This document shows, piece by piece, positions 50,120 to 59,145 of a stretch of DNA of 64,000 bases. Origin of the DNA: Minisyncoccota bacterium (GTDB lineage Bacteria; Patescibacteriota; Minisyncoccia; Phycocordibacterales; CAJBRS01); the NCBI GenBank assembly GCA_017881075.1, contig JADGRH010000003.1, forward strand, positions 682-64,681, written 5' to 3'. Position 1 is the stretch's first letter, and the number at the start of each line of letters is the position of its first letter. Made by a program: the position numbers and the translations under genes. Below the pieces are notes generated by a model. It searched no databases, was not told the DNA's origin, and saw nothing but the letters and a program-made list of their open reading frames with translations.

Positions 50120-50938
50120 ATGAGCTCAAAAAAAAGCGGGTCCGCATGGACCTTGCCAGCTGGAAAGCTTAGACAAGCGGAAGCGACCCTTTATAAGGGG
50201 CTGGGAGAAAATTGGGGAGCAGACATTATGACCGAGATTGCTGATGACCAAGAAACATTACGAAAAACAGTACGATTTTTGCGTCGGCACTGTTGGGAAG
50301 ACTCAGAGCATCAACGCATAGCCAGGGCGATCATGGGCGAGAACATGCTCGATGTCGATGATGTCATGGATTGCTTCGGTGTGCGCTATTCCAAAGACAT
50401 GCTTCGCCAGATGAACGTCATTCCGTTTGGTGAACGAACACTATGTGAGAAGAGTAAAACTCATCTTCTGGTGGCTGGATATCATCTGACAATGCAGAAT
50501 CTCACACATTTCGGATTACACGAAGGAAACTGGATGAATGACAAGGTACTAGGAGACTCACCAGATGATAGGATGGCCAATCAGGTTGTAATGCGCCAGT
50601 GGCATCTTGTTCGCAAAGGTGCGGTTCCTGGAACACTAGGTCTATCATTTGAAGATCAAGCCCAAAAAATTCCACCTTGGGATGAAATCTCTCGAGTTGC
50701 TGGAGAAGTAATTACTCCAGTTGCCTTGGCGGTTTATACGACCATCTTGTATCGGGTCGTTCGTAACCGATCTTTCTATACACGAGGTTCTTTCCTCCAA
50801 TGCCGTGAATCATCGGGTAAGGGATTTCATTACGTGGTTACCCGAGCGATGGATAAAAAAGAAGTGATCGTTCAGTGTAATAACGATCACGCTTCGAGCA
50901 ACGTTGCCATGAGTTCTACGGTGATGCCGATGATCTAG
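50120..50938 (+). CDS. hypothetical protein (higher-GC gene with strong Shine-Dalgarno)
   Basis: AAGGAG lies 8 nt before the ATG. The 272-aa ORF is about 47% GC. The hairpin TCCGAA-GGACGTCT-TTCGGA plus a T-tract follows the stop. Confidence 0.4.
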   Translation: MSSKKSGSAWTLPAGKLRQAEATLYKGLGENWGADIMTEIADDQETLRKTVRFLRRHCWEDSEHQRIARAIMGENMLDVDDVMDCFGVRYSKDMLRQMNVIPFGERTLCEKSKTHLLVAGYHLTMQNLTHFGLHEGNWMNDKVLGDSPDDRMANQVVMRQWHLVRKGAVPGTLGLSFEDQAQKIPPWDEISRVAGEVITPVALAVYTTILYRVVRNRSFYTRGSFLQCRESSGKGFHYVVTRAMDKKEVIVQCNNDHASSNVAMSSTVMPMI

Positions 50939-51236
50939 TGACTCATAGTTCCGAAGGACGTCTTTCGGAGCTTTTTAATTTGAGGATCGAGAAATTCCTA
51001 AACACTGCTTAGGAGTGTCTCATCTCTACGTAAAATAAGGCTCTTTTGGAATCAAAACAAGACATACTAGACTCCGACTGAGACCCCTCAATTTGGTATG
51101 ATGAAATAGCTCAGAGAACCCTTACAAGGCCTCAACTTTTGGGGTTCACAACTGAGTCAGTCAGCCAATGTTTTTTATTTCTGTTAGAATTAGTGGTGTT
51201 ACATTATAAGCAAGATTATTATTAACTTTTAACCTT

Positions 51237-51482
51237 ATGAAAAAAGTAATTGGCGCTCTCTTTGTTGTCGGTTTTTTACTGGCTGGAACCGCTTCAGCCC
51301 AAACAGGCAACTATTATAATCCCCGAGGGATGATGAGTTATGATTTTAATTCTGGAGGGGGAATGATGGGTGGCTACAATGGTGGTTATTACTGGTTCGG
51401 TTGGGTAACTATGATTTTGGTATGGGCACTACTGATCTTGGGGATAATTGCTCTAGTTAGGTGGTTGAAGAAAAATAAATAA
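51237..51482 (+). CDS. small secreted Gly/Met/Tyr-rich protein with C-terminal TM anchor
   Basis: The 81-aa protein has a signal peptide, then GMMSYDFNSGGGMMGGYNGGYYWFGW, then a hydrophobic helix. Confidence 0.35.
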   Translation: MKKVIGALFVVGFLLAGTASAQTGNYYNPRGMMSYDFNSGGGMMGGYNGGYYWFGWVTMILVWALLILGIIALVRWLKKNK

Positions 51483-51512
51483 TATTGGTTAACAAATAGC
51501 TCTGGCCACAAA

Positions 51513-52610
51513 ATGAACATAATTTCTCAGATTGGAACGGCTCTTTTAATGTCTCTGGGAATGTTTTGGCAAGTGGGGTGGAGCTTAGCCCTTGGATTTA
51601 CTATCGCAGCAGTCATTCAAGCGGTTATTCCTAAAGAAAATATCCAAAAGAAGTTTGGTAAAAGTGGTGTTAAAGAAATTGCTCTGGCTACGGGGTTTGG
51701 GGCAATAAGCTCAAGTTGTTCCTATGCAGCAGCTTCAACCAGCAAAGCACTCTTTAAAAAAGGTGCCTCGTTTATATCCTCTATGGCATTTCTCTTTTCA
51801 TCTACCAACCTTGTTTTAGAACTTGGTATCATTCTCTATCTTTTAATGGGCTGGCAATTCGCTGTGGCCGAATGGATTGGCGGTATAGTGCTTATTTCTA
51901 TTATGGCCCTCTTAGTAAAAGCTACATATCCAAAGAACATTATTGAAGAAGCCCGCCATCATCAAGAAGAGAGAAATGAACACGACCACCACCAGGCCCA
52001 AGCTGACGGCAGATCATTTTGGGAAAAAATAAAGACAAAAGAAGCTCGGATTGCAATTTCTCAGAACTTTATAATGGAGTGGTCAATGCTTCAAAGAGAC
52101 TTAATCATTGGATTTCTTATTGCCGGATTTGTCGCAGTGTTTGTGCCGCACAGCGTCTGGGGTATTCTTTTCTTAAAAGGTTCATCATCAACTCTACAGG
52201 TTGTTATAAGTGCCTTAATTGGTCCAATAATTGCTATTCTGACATTTGTTTGCTCGATTGGTAATGTTCCACTAGCTGCCATTCTATGGTTCCAGGGAAT
52301 GAATTTTGCAGGGGTGTTATCTTTCTTATATGCAGACCTAATAGTTATTCCCTTACTATCTGTATATAAAAAGTATTATGGCTGGAAGTTGATGTGGTAC
52401 ATCCTTGGTATTTTTTTTATCACAATGGTGCTGACAGGATTGATTATGTTTGTGCCTTTTGCTCTGCTTCACCAGATACCAAATCCAACAGGTAATATTC
52501 AAGCAGAACTTACGCAGTTTAGTTTTAATTATACCTTCTGGCTTAATATTATTTTTGCCTTGGTTGTCTCATATTTCCTCTACCTCGTATCTTTCAGCAG
52601 AAAAGCGTAA
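51513..52610 (+). CDS. putative permease (DUF318/ArsP-like family)
   Basis: The 365-aa protein has about eight TM helices and a Cys-containing SSCSYAAAS segment in TM3. Confidence 0.45.
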   Translation: MNIISQIGTALLMSLGMFWQVGWSLALGFTIAAVIQAVIPKENIQKKFGKSGVKEIALATGFGAISSSCSYAAASTSKALFKKGASFISSMAFLFSSTNLVLELGIILYLLMGWQFAVAEWIGGIVLISIMALLVKATYPKNIIEEARHHQEERNEHDHHQAQADGRSFWEKIKTKEARIAISQNFIMEWSMLQRDLIIGFLIAGFVAVFVPHSVWGILFLKGSSSTLQVVISALIGPIIAILTFVCSIGNVPLAAILWFQGMNFAGVLSFLYADLIVIPLLSVYKKYYGWKLMWYILGIFFITMVLTGLIMFVPFALLHQIPNPTGNIQAELTQFSFNYTFWLNIIFALVVSYFLYLVSFSRKA

Positions 52611-53761
52611 CGCAGGCCAATTAACATAATCAGACCGAGGACAAGGAAGCTATATTTGAAGTCAAGGAAAAAAAGTGCCAGCCCCGCCAGCGCTGGCACA
52701 AAAATAAAAGGAAGATTCCTGGTTAGTCGAAAAAGACCGATCAGATGAATATTGACCAGGCTCACTTTCTTGAAAAAATAAGTCTCTGCCGAGATTTCAA
52801 TAAAACTAGCTCCGACCCTGGTAATAAAAAGCAGAACGGTCCAAAGGAGGAAATTGGCGCCGTTTATGTAGGGAATGAGAATGGTGGACACGGCCAGAAT
52901 TATAAAACCGATGATTAGTATCTCTTGCTCGCCATATTTTTTGTCCGCCAAGCGTCCGAGCGGAATCTGAAAAAAGACAAAGGGTAGGAGCATAATACTG
53001 AACATTATACCGATTGCCGGCCAACCGAAGCCAATGTAATTGTGGAGATAGATGGGCATATAAATAACCATCCAGGCGTAGTAGAAATTAAGCAAGAAGT
53101 TATCAAAAAGAATGTCGTAAACGTCCGGATTACCCATCACTTCTTTGGAAAGATTTTTAGAGTTGGTTTCGTGATAGATAGGATCTTTAAAATTTTTGAA
53201 AGTGGTAAGGATGATATAAAAGAGAGGAATAAGGAAAACTGCCCCGACAATATATACTTTCCAATATTCAGAAGCACCAAGAATGAGCCCAACCACGAGT
53301 GGCACTATTACCGGCGGAAGGCTAAGCATAGTCAGGAACATCCCCCTAATACTGCCGGTTTCCTCATCTCGGGAATAATTTTCTAAAAAAATATCTAAAT
53401 TGAAAAGAATAATCGGACTAATGGCTTGGGAAAAGATAAAGAAAAAACCGACTATGTAAATATTGCCGCCGAAAGCGATGCCGAGGAGCGAGGCAAATTC
53501 GAGGGCAATCAGCACTAGCATTAACTTGTAATTGCCCAGACGATTCAAAATCTTCCCAATGTTTATAAAGACAAAGAGATTAATGAAAGCGCCTACGCTG
53601 TAGAAAAGACCGACCGCTGAGCTCTTAACATAAAGATTTAAGTAGCTGGAGTTGATGAAATAAATAAAAAAGAAATGGATGGAAAAGAATAGAGCGGAGG
53701 CATAAATAAGAGCGAAGAGGCGAACAGTCTTCGGTTTATAAAGCACGGGCTCTTGGTCCAT
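52580..53761 (-). CDS. MFS-type transporter
   Basis: The 393-aa protein has about twelve TM helices. Confidence 0.55.
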   Translation of the reverse strand: MDQEPVLYKPKTVRLFALIYASALFFSIHFFFIYFINSSYLNLYVKSSAVGLFYSVGAFINLFVFINIGKILNRLGNYKLMLVLIALEFASLLGIAFGGNIYIVGFFFIFSQAISPIILFNLDIFLENYSRDEETGSIRGMFLTMLSLPPVIVPLVVGLILGASEYWKVYIVGAVFLIPLFYIILTTFKNFKDPIYHETNSKNLSKEVMGNPDVYDILFDNFLLNFYYAWMVIYMPIYLHNYIGFGWPAIGIMFSIMLLPFVFFQIPLGRLADKKYGEQEILIIGFIILAVSTILIPYINGANFLLWTVLLFITRVGASFIEISAETYFFKKVSLVNIHLIGLFRLTRNLPFIFVPALAGLALFFLDFKYSFLVLGLIMLIGLRYAFLLKDTR

Positions 53762-53798
53762 GCTTTAATTATATATGATTATATGGAGTGAGCCATCT

Positions 53799-54521
53799 CT
53801 ACCGTATTTTCAATTTTGTCTTCACCACCATCATGTCATCTCTCAAAATATCAAATTGATTGATCCAGTAATAACCCAATCTATCTTCTAGGTCAGTAAG
53901 GTCTTCCTTGGTTGCCATTTTACTGGAAATCTCATTAATTTTTCCATCAATCCTTTCTTCCGTATGCGCCATATTCTCATAGACTTGAATGAAACCATTA
54001 GCAGTGATGCGGGCTAGGTTATCGATTTCTCTACTCAGATCATCTTTTGTTGCAAACGATTTAAGATCCTCTCTTGTTGCAAAATGTTTAAGATCATCTT
54101 TTGTTGTAAACGATTTAAGATCCTCTCTTGTTGCAAAATGTTTAAGATCATCTCTGGTCGCAAACGATTTAAGATCATTTTTGGTAGCAAACGGTTTAAG
54201 ATCATTTCTTGTTGTAAAATGTTTGAGATCATCTTTGGTCGCAAACGGTTTAAGATCATTTCTTGTTGTAAAATGTTTGAGATCATCTTTGGTAGCAAAC
54301 GGTTTAAGATCATTTTTTGTCGTAAATCCTTTTAAATCATCCTTAATGACCATGACCTTGGTCATTCCATCGATCTTTATTGCTAGGTCTTTCACGGTTA
54401 GGGCCAAACTCTTGGTCGTTGCCGCCAAATCATCGGTTTTGGCCGCTAGTCCTTTAACAGTTACGGCCAGACTATCAGTGGTCTTTGCCAAACCTTCCAT
54501 AGTTATAACTTTTTTCTTCAT
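53799..54521 (-). CDS. tandem-repeat protein (13 copies of a 10-aa DDLKxFxTKx unit)
   Basis: The 240-aa protein has an N-terminal TTDSLAVTVKGLAAKTDDLAATTKSLALTVKDL segment and a central array TKDDLKHFTTRNDLKPFA.... The nucleotide period is 30 nt over about 54000-54340. Confidence 0.5.
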   Translation of the reverse strand: MKKKVITMEGLAKTTDSLAVTVKGLAAKTDDLAATTKSLALTVKDLAIKIDGMTKVMVIKDDLKGFTTKNDLKPFATKDDLKHFTTRNDLKPFATKDDLKHFTTRNDLKPFATKNDLKSFATRDDLKHFATREDLKSFTTKDDLKHFATREDLKSFATKDDLSREIDNLARITANGFIQVYENMAHTEERIDGKINEISSKMATKEDLTDLEDRLGYYWINQFDILRDDMMVVKTKLKIR

Positions 54522-54621
54522 GTTTTTGTTCTCTCAATTATATGAATATTAAATCTGCTGACAATATTGACAGCCTAAATAATATCTATCCGAGATGAAA
54601 TTTCGCTAAAGAATTCTTAAA

Positions 54622-56628
54622 TTATACTCCCAATAATACAGGTATAACAATCGGCCGTTTGGCGGTTTTTTGGAATAAGAATTTGCTGACGGCGTCGGTG
54701 AGATTGTTTTTGACGTAATCGAAATTAATTGGGTGCATTCCCTCGGTGTTATCTTCAATGGTTTTTTTAATCAAGAAGCGGGCTTGGCGAAGAAGATCCT
54801 GTGATTCACGAAGATAGACGGAACCGCGAGAGATGATGTCAGGAGACTTTTTCAATTTGCCGTTGGTTGCGTTTACTAGGGCGATGATCACAAAAATGCC
54901 ATCTTGAGAAAGGATCTGACGATCTCGAATAACCACTTCCTGAATGTCTCCGATTGAGAAACCATCCACCATCACTGTTCCGGATGGGGCTTTTTCTTTC
55001 AACACCTTAATTTTCTGACCTTTATCTTGAATCTCAATAATAGTACCGTCATCGGCTACTACAATATTTTCTTTAGGCACTCCCAAGTTTTCTGCAAGCT
55101 CCGCATGCAGTTTCAGCCGGAAATGATTGCCATGAACGGGGATGAAGAATTTTGGTTTCAGTTTTCGATGTAGCCACTCTATCTCGCCGCGATTACCGTG
55201 GCCAGTGGAGTGAATATAAACATCGGAGGTCTGAATGGAAATAATCTTTGCTCCAAGTCGCGCCAGGTTGTCTTTCAGTTTCTCCACAGACCTTTCATTC
55301 CCTGGAATAATAGAGGATGACAGTAGGACAGTATCCCGATCGTTGATGTGAAAATATTTATGAGTTTTGGTGCCCATTCTCATTAGGGCCGCGAACTCAT
55401 CACCCTGGGCGCCGGTGGCCAAAACTACAATCTTATCCGGGGCATAACCGGTTAGATCTTGGCCGGAAATGACCGTTCCCTTTTTCAATTCCAATAGATT
55501 GGCTTGTACCAGAATGTCAATATTATTTTTCATACTGCGACCCTCAATAACCAGCTTCTTGCCATATTTTTCGCAAGCTTCAATCACTTTTAATATTCTT
55601 AGAATGTGAGAGGCGAACATGCCGATTATTAGCCGTCCTTTAATAGTGCGAATGATTTCATCCAAGTTCTCATGCACCAATGCTTCCGGAGTGGAAAAGC
55701 CCGGATTTTCAATGTTGGTGGATTCGCCGAGAAGTAATAGCACTTTTTCTTTGGCTACGGCACCATAGGCCGCCTCTTCCTCGGCGCTTGGCTTGCCATC
55801 AACGTGAGTTAATTTGAAATCTCCAGGCGTGACGATTTGGCCATATGGAGTGTCGATAACGATTCCCATTGCGTCAGGAATACTGTGAGTGACTCCGAAA
55901 AATCGCACCGAGAGGGAGCCGATTTTGATCTGATCATTTGTTTCTACCACTTTAAAATTAATTGCTGGCAGGTGCGGAAACTCTGATTGCCTTTTTTTAA
56001 TCATTAAGGAAGTAAGATTGCGGGTATAGAGTGGGGGATTACCAATACGATCCATGATGTAAGGTATTCCACCAATATGATCGAGGTGACCATGAGTGAT
56101 AATGACCGCTCTGATTTTTTCCTTCCGTTCTTCCAGATATTTGGTATTTGGCAAGATGTAATCGATGCCGGGGGTGTCCTCCTCTTTAAATTTGAAGCCC
56201 ATGTCGATAACAATGATGTCGCCGTTTATTTCAACGACGGTCATGTTCTTACCGATCTCCTCCACGCCGCCAAGAGGAATAATGCGAATGTTTTCACCCA
56301 CAGGCGGGATTTTACCGGTCTCTTTTCGCCGCTCCTCTTCCATGGGGGAACGGGAACTGAATTTACGCCGAGGGCCCATATCTCTCTTTCGCATATGGGA
56401 TGGTGGCCGTGTCGGCTGATTATGCGGATGAGATTGAGGCTTTCGATGGGGGTTGGTCCGCCCGGGGGAATGTGGGTGGGGAGGAGTGGCCGCAGCCCGC
56501 TCCTTTTGTCGGGCTGCGGCCGCCGCGGCCGCAGCCCCTTCTACTCCTTCCTCCACAATATTATCTCTGACACTCTGAATTGCTTCTTTTAATCCCGGAC
56601 TCGGGTGTTTTCGTCTTGGTCTTCTCAT
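54622..56628 (-). CDS. rnj: ribonuclease J (metallo-beta-lactamase/beta-CASP) with an N-terminal extension of about 107 aa
   Basis: The HxHxDH motif ITHGHLDHIGG, a beta-CASP domain and a C-terminal domain are present. Canonical RNase J begins near IRIIPLGG. The upstream 107 codons are GC-rich and encode a basic His/Pro/Arg-rich segment with an Ala8 run. Confidence 0.85.
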   Translation of the reverse strand: MRRPRRKHPSPGLKEAIQSVRDNIVEEGVEGAAAAAAAARQKERAAATPPHPHSPGRTNPHRKPQSHPHNQPTRPPSHMRKRDMGPRRKFSSRSPMEEERRKETGKIPPVGENIRIIPLGGVEEIGKNMTVVEINGDIIVIDMGFKFKEEDTPGIDYILPNTKYLEERKEKIRAVIITHGHLDHIGGIPYIMDRIGNPPLYTRNLTSLMIKKRQSEFPHLPAINFKVVETNDQIKIGSLSVRFFGVTHSIPDAMGIVIDTPYGQIVTPGDFKLTHVDGKPSAEEEAAYGAVAKEKVLLLLGESTNIENPGFSTPEALVHENLDEIIRTIKGRLIIGMFASHILRILKVIEACEKYGKKLVIEGRSMKNNIDILVQANLLELKKGTVISGQDLTGYAPDKIVVLATGAQGDEFAALMRMGTKTHKYFHINDRDTVLLSSSIIPGNERSVEKLKDNLARLGAKIISIQTSDVYIHSTGHGNRGEIEWLHRKLKPKFFIPVHGNHFRLKLHAELAENLGVPKENIVVADDGTIIEIQDKGQKIKVLKEKAPSGTVMVDGFSIGDIQEVVIRDRQILSQDGIFVIIALVNATNGKLKKSPDIISRGSVYLRESQDLLRQARFLIKKTIEDNTEGMHPINFDYVKNNLTDAVSKFLFQKTAKRPIVIPVLLGV

Positions 56629-56736
56629 GATTATTATTGTTCTTTAGTGAAGCGGTTGTGACATTTTTGGTGCAGCGCAGCCTTTTTTGAAGCAAACCAA
56701 AAATGTCATAACTGCGGAGCTAAAGAATTAAACTAT

Positions 56737-58497
56737 TTAATTAGTAAATATTTTCCAAACTTTTTCTGTTTCCAAGTACCACTTTGAAATATCATTGAAA
56801 CGATCGGCTGGAACGGTAATATTGCCCAGTTTCATTCCTCCCAGGTCCTTCGGCACCGCATATATAAAATCTGGCGAATATAGAAAGACTGCCGGCACGT
56901 CATTATCAATCTCCTTTTCAAATTTTCGATAATCATCCAGGGCAATCGCTCTATCCGAAGTAGCTCTAGCTGCCTCAAGGAGCTTGTCTGCCTTGCTGTT
57001 GGTGTAGAGAGCAATATTTAAACCAGGATCAAGCCGCTCTGAAGAGTTCCAGAAACCGTAAATATCCAGACCAGCCGGAATAATTTCACCAAAAAGCAAA
57101 GCGTCATATTTTCTCGGCCGAATGACATTTTGGTTAAGATCGGAGGCCTCAAATATTTTTACTTCAACACTGGCGCCAATCGATTGCCACATCTCTTTTA
57201 CTAAGTTAGCCGTCTTGATCAAATCCGGATTATCCGCAGTGGAAATGGTCAGTTTCAGAGTCTCCGTGGACTTTTTAGAAATCTTTTGCATAACACCGTC
57301 ACTGCCCGGAGTCCAACCCGCCTTAGTTAAAATTTGTTTTGCTTTCCCGATCCGTTCATCGGCGCTTTCTTTTAAGCTGGAAGTGGAATTATTATCCAAA
57401 AGATTTGAAGGAATCGGTTCGGTTACCGCTGTGCCAAAACCGGCCAAAACCTCATTGACGATTCGTTGGCGGTCAACGGCCTCGTTCAAAGCTTGTCGGA
57501 CTTCTGGATGGATTAGAACTTGATCTTCATTTTGATTGAAAAAGATACCAAATACTCGGGGAAGGGGTGTTGTTTTGATCTCAGTATTTCGAGACTTTAG
57601 ATATTGGGTTTGTTCCGGAGAGATACCATTTACAGCCTGGATCTCATTTCTGCCATAAGCATTTATCAAGGCCTCCTCATTACTATAAAAACGAAAGATT
57701 ATGTTTTTAATGTAAGGAGTGCCACCGGCGTAATTGTTAAAAGGCACTAAATGATAATTTTGAGGAAGGCCGGCGCCAGTCGTTTGAAAACCTTTAATCA
57801 TGTAAGGACCGGCGCCGATTGGCTGTCTATTGAGATCACTTAAAGTGAAAGAATCTGCATCGGTTGCCTGGCTCCAAAGATGCTTGGGTAGAATACCAAG
57901 GGTAGTGTTTTGTAGAAAAGGACCATAAGGTTTTTTCAGATGGAATTTTATCTCTTTGGCGTTGATCTTCTCTATGGATACCCCTTGCCAATTAGCGGCC
58001 TTTGGACTATTCAATGCCGGATCCTGGGTTTTAAGAATGGTGAACTCCACATCATCGGCGGTCAAAGGAGCCCCATCCTGAAAAGTAAGATTGTTTTTGA
58101 GAATAAAGGTGTAAGTCAGACCATCGTCTGAAATGTTGTAACTTTCTGCCAGATCAGTGACCACTTCACCTGATGGTGTTGCTCTCATTAAACCGGCATA
58201 AATCAGGGCGGTGAGATCGCGACCCGGATCGGTAATAGCCAAGATCGGATTAATATAACGCGGATAGCCGATAACTCCTTCTTGAAATGTGCCTCCGGCT
58301 ACGGGCACTTCCGATAGAAAGGCATTGTTTACTCCAAGCAGGAGATAGAGAGCGCTTAAACAAAAAAGGCCGAAGAAAAAATAAAAGACCACCCTTTGAC
58401 TTAAATTAAACGAGGAAACAGTTGAAGAAAATTTCTCTGCTGAAGAAATCTCCCATTTCTTTTTAAAGATTTTTTGAAAGGTTATTTGTGATTTCAC
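56737..58497 (-). CDS. ABC transporter substrate-binding protein (family 5, oligopeptide-binding-like)
   Basis: The 586-aa protein has an N-terminal TM/signal anchor and SBP_bac_5-like architecture. Confidence 0.65.
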   Translation of the reverse strand: MKSQITFQKIFKKKWEISSAEKFSSTVSSFNLSQRVVFYFFFGLFCLSALYLLLGVNNAFLSEVPVAGGTFQEGVIGYPRYINPILAITDPGRDLTALIYAGLMRATPSGEVVTDLAESYNISDDGLTYTFILKNNLTFQDGAPLTADDVEFTILKTQDPALNSPKAANWQGVSIEKINAKEIKFHLKKPYGPFLQNTTLGILPKHLWSQATDADSFTLSDLNRQPIGAGPYMIKGFQTTGAGLPQNYHLVPFNNYAGGTPYIKNIIFRFYSNEEALINAYGRNEIQAVNGISPEQTQYLKSRNTEIKTTPLPRVFGIFFNQNEDQVLIHPEVRQALNEAVDRQRIVNEVLAGFGTAVTEPIPSNLLDNNSTSSLKESADERIGKAKQILTKAGWTPGSDGVMQKISKKSTETLKLTISTADNPDLIKTANLVKEMWQSIGASVEVKIFEASDLNQNVIRPRKYDALLFGEIIPAGLDIYGFWNSSERLDPGLNIALYTNSKADKLLEAARATSDRAIALDDYRKFEKEIDNDVPAVFLYSPDFIYAVPKDLGGMKLGNITVPADRFNDISKWYLETEKVWKIFTN

Positions 58498-58520
58498 GGA
58501 AAGAAAGAAAGCCGGAGAGT

Positions 58521-58751
58521 TTATATAATCAAAGCCAAGAAGGCGGAGATGGTAAATAGGGCGGCAATAACTATGGTAGAAATAAATAAAGTTTGATCAA
58601 AACCACGACGGGTGCGGTGAGCCGAGCTGAAACTATCGCCGCCAAAAGCACCACCAGCAGAAGCGTCGGATTGCTGTAGCAAAATTGCCGTCACCAGTAA
58701 TACGGCTAAAACAATCTCTATATAGGGAAGTATTGGGAGGAGAAACTGCAT
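58521..58751 (-). CDS. secG: preprotein translocase subunit SecG
   Basis: The 76-aa protein has two TM helices and a Gly-rich linker (SDASAGGAFGGDSF). Confidence 0.65.
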   Translation of the reverse strand: MQFLLPILPYIEIVLAVLLVTAILLQQSDASAGGAFGGDSFSSAHRTRRGFDQTLFISTIVIAALFTISAFLALII

Positions 58752-58818
58752 TTACCCCACTATATCAAATGCCAGTCTGGATTGCAAGCCTCAAAAGAAT
58801 ATATATAATGAGAGACCT

Positions 58819-59139
58819 ATGAAAAAGATAAACAATAAACTCAATATAAGACCATTGGGAGACAAAGTTTTGATTAAGGCCTTAAGTGTTGGTGAGACCG
58901 AGAAAAAGTCCAAATCAGGGATTATTATTCCGGACACCATAGACAAAGAAAAGCCGGAGCAAGGGAGGATTGTGGCTGTGGGAGGGGGTAAATACGACGA
59001 TAGCGGCAAGTTGCTGCCGATGAGTGTAAAAGTGGGCGATCGGGTCCTTTTTTCAAAATATGGTTATGATGAGATAAAAATGGATGGGGAAGAATTTTTG
59101 ATCGTCTCCGAAAGTCAGATCTTAGCAGTAATCAAATAA
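58819..59139 (+). CDS. groES: co-chaperonin GroES
   Basis: The 106-aa protein has the mobile loop GIIIPDT and a glycine-rich roof, directly upstream of groEL. Confidence 0.9.
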   Translation: MKKINNKLNIRPLGDKVLIKALSVGETEKKSKSGIIIPDTIDKEKPEQGRIVAVGGGKYDDSGKLLPMSVKVGDRVLFSKYGYDEIKMDGEEFLIVSESQILAVIK

Positions 59140-59145
59140 ACAGAA

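Noticed and set aside
54000-54340. 30-nt tandem repeat array considered as a CRISPR array
   Set aside because: The repeats are contiguous with no spacers, lie in-frame within a 240-aa ORF and encode a regular peptide repeat. No cas genes are present.
56077-56592. Plus-strand ORFs of 171 and 84 aa opposite the 5' end of the RNase J gene
   Set aside because: They are an artefact of the GC-rich N-terminal extension region. They are antisense to an in-frame extension of a conserved gene.
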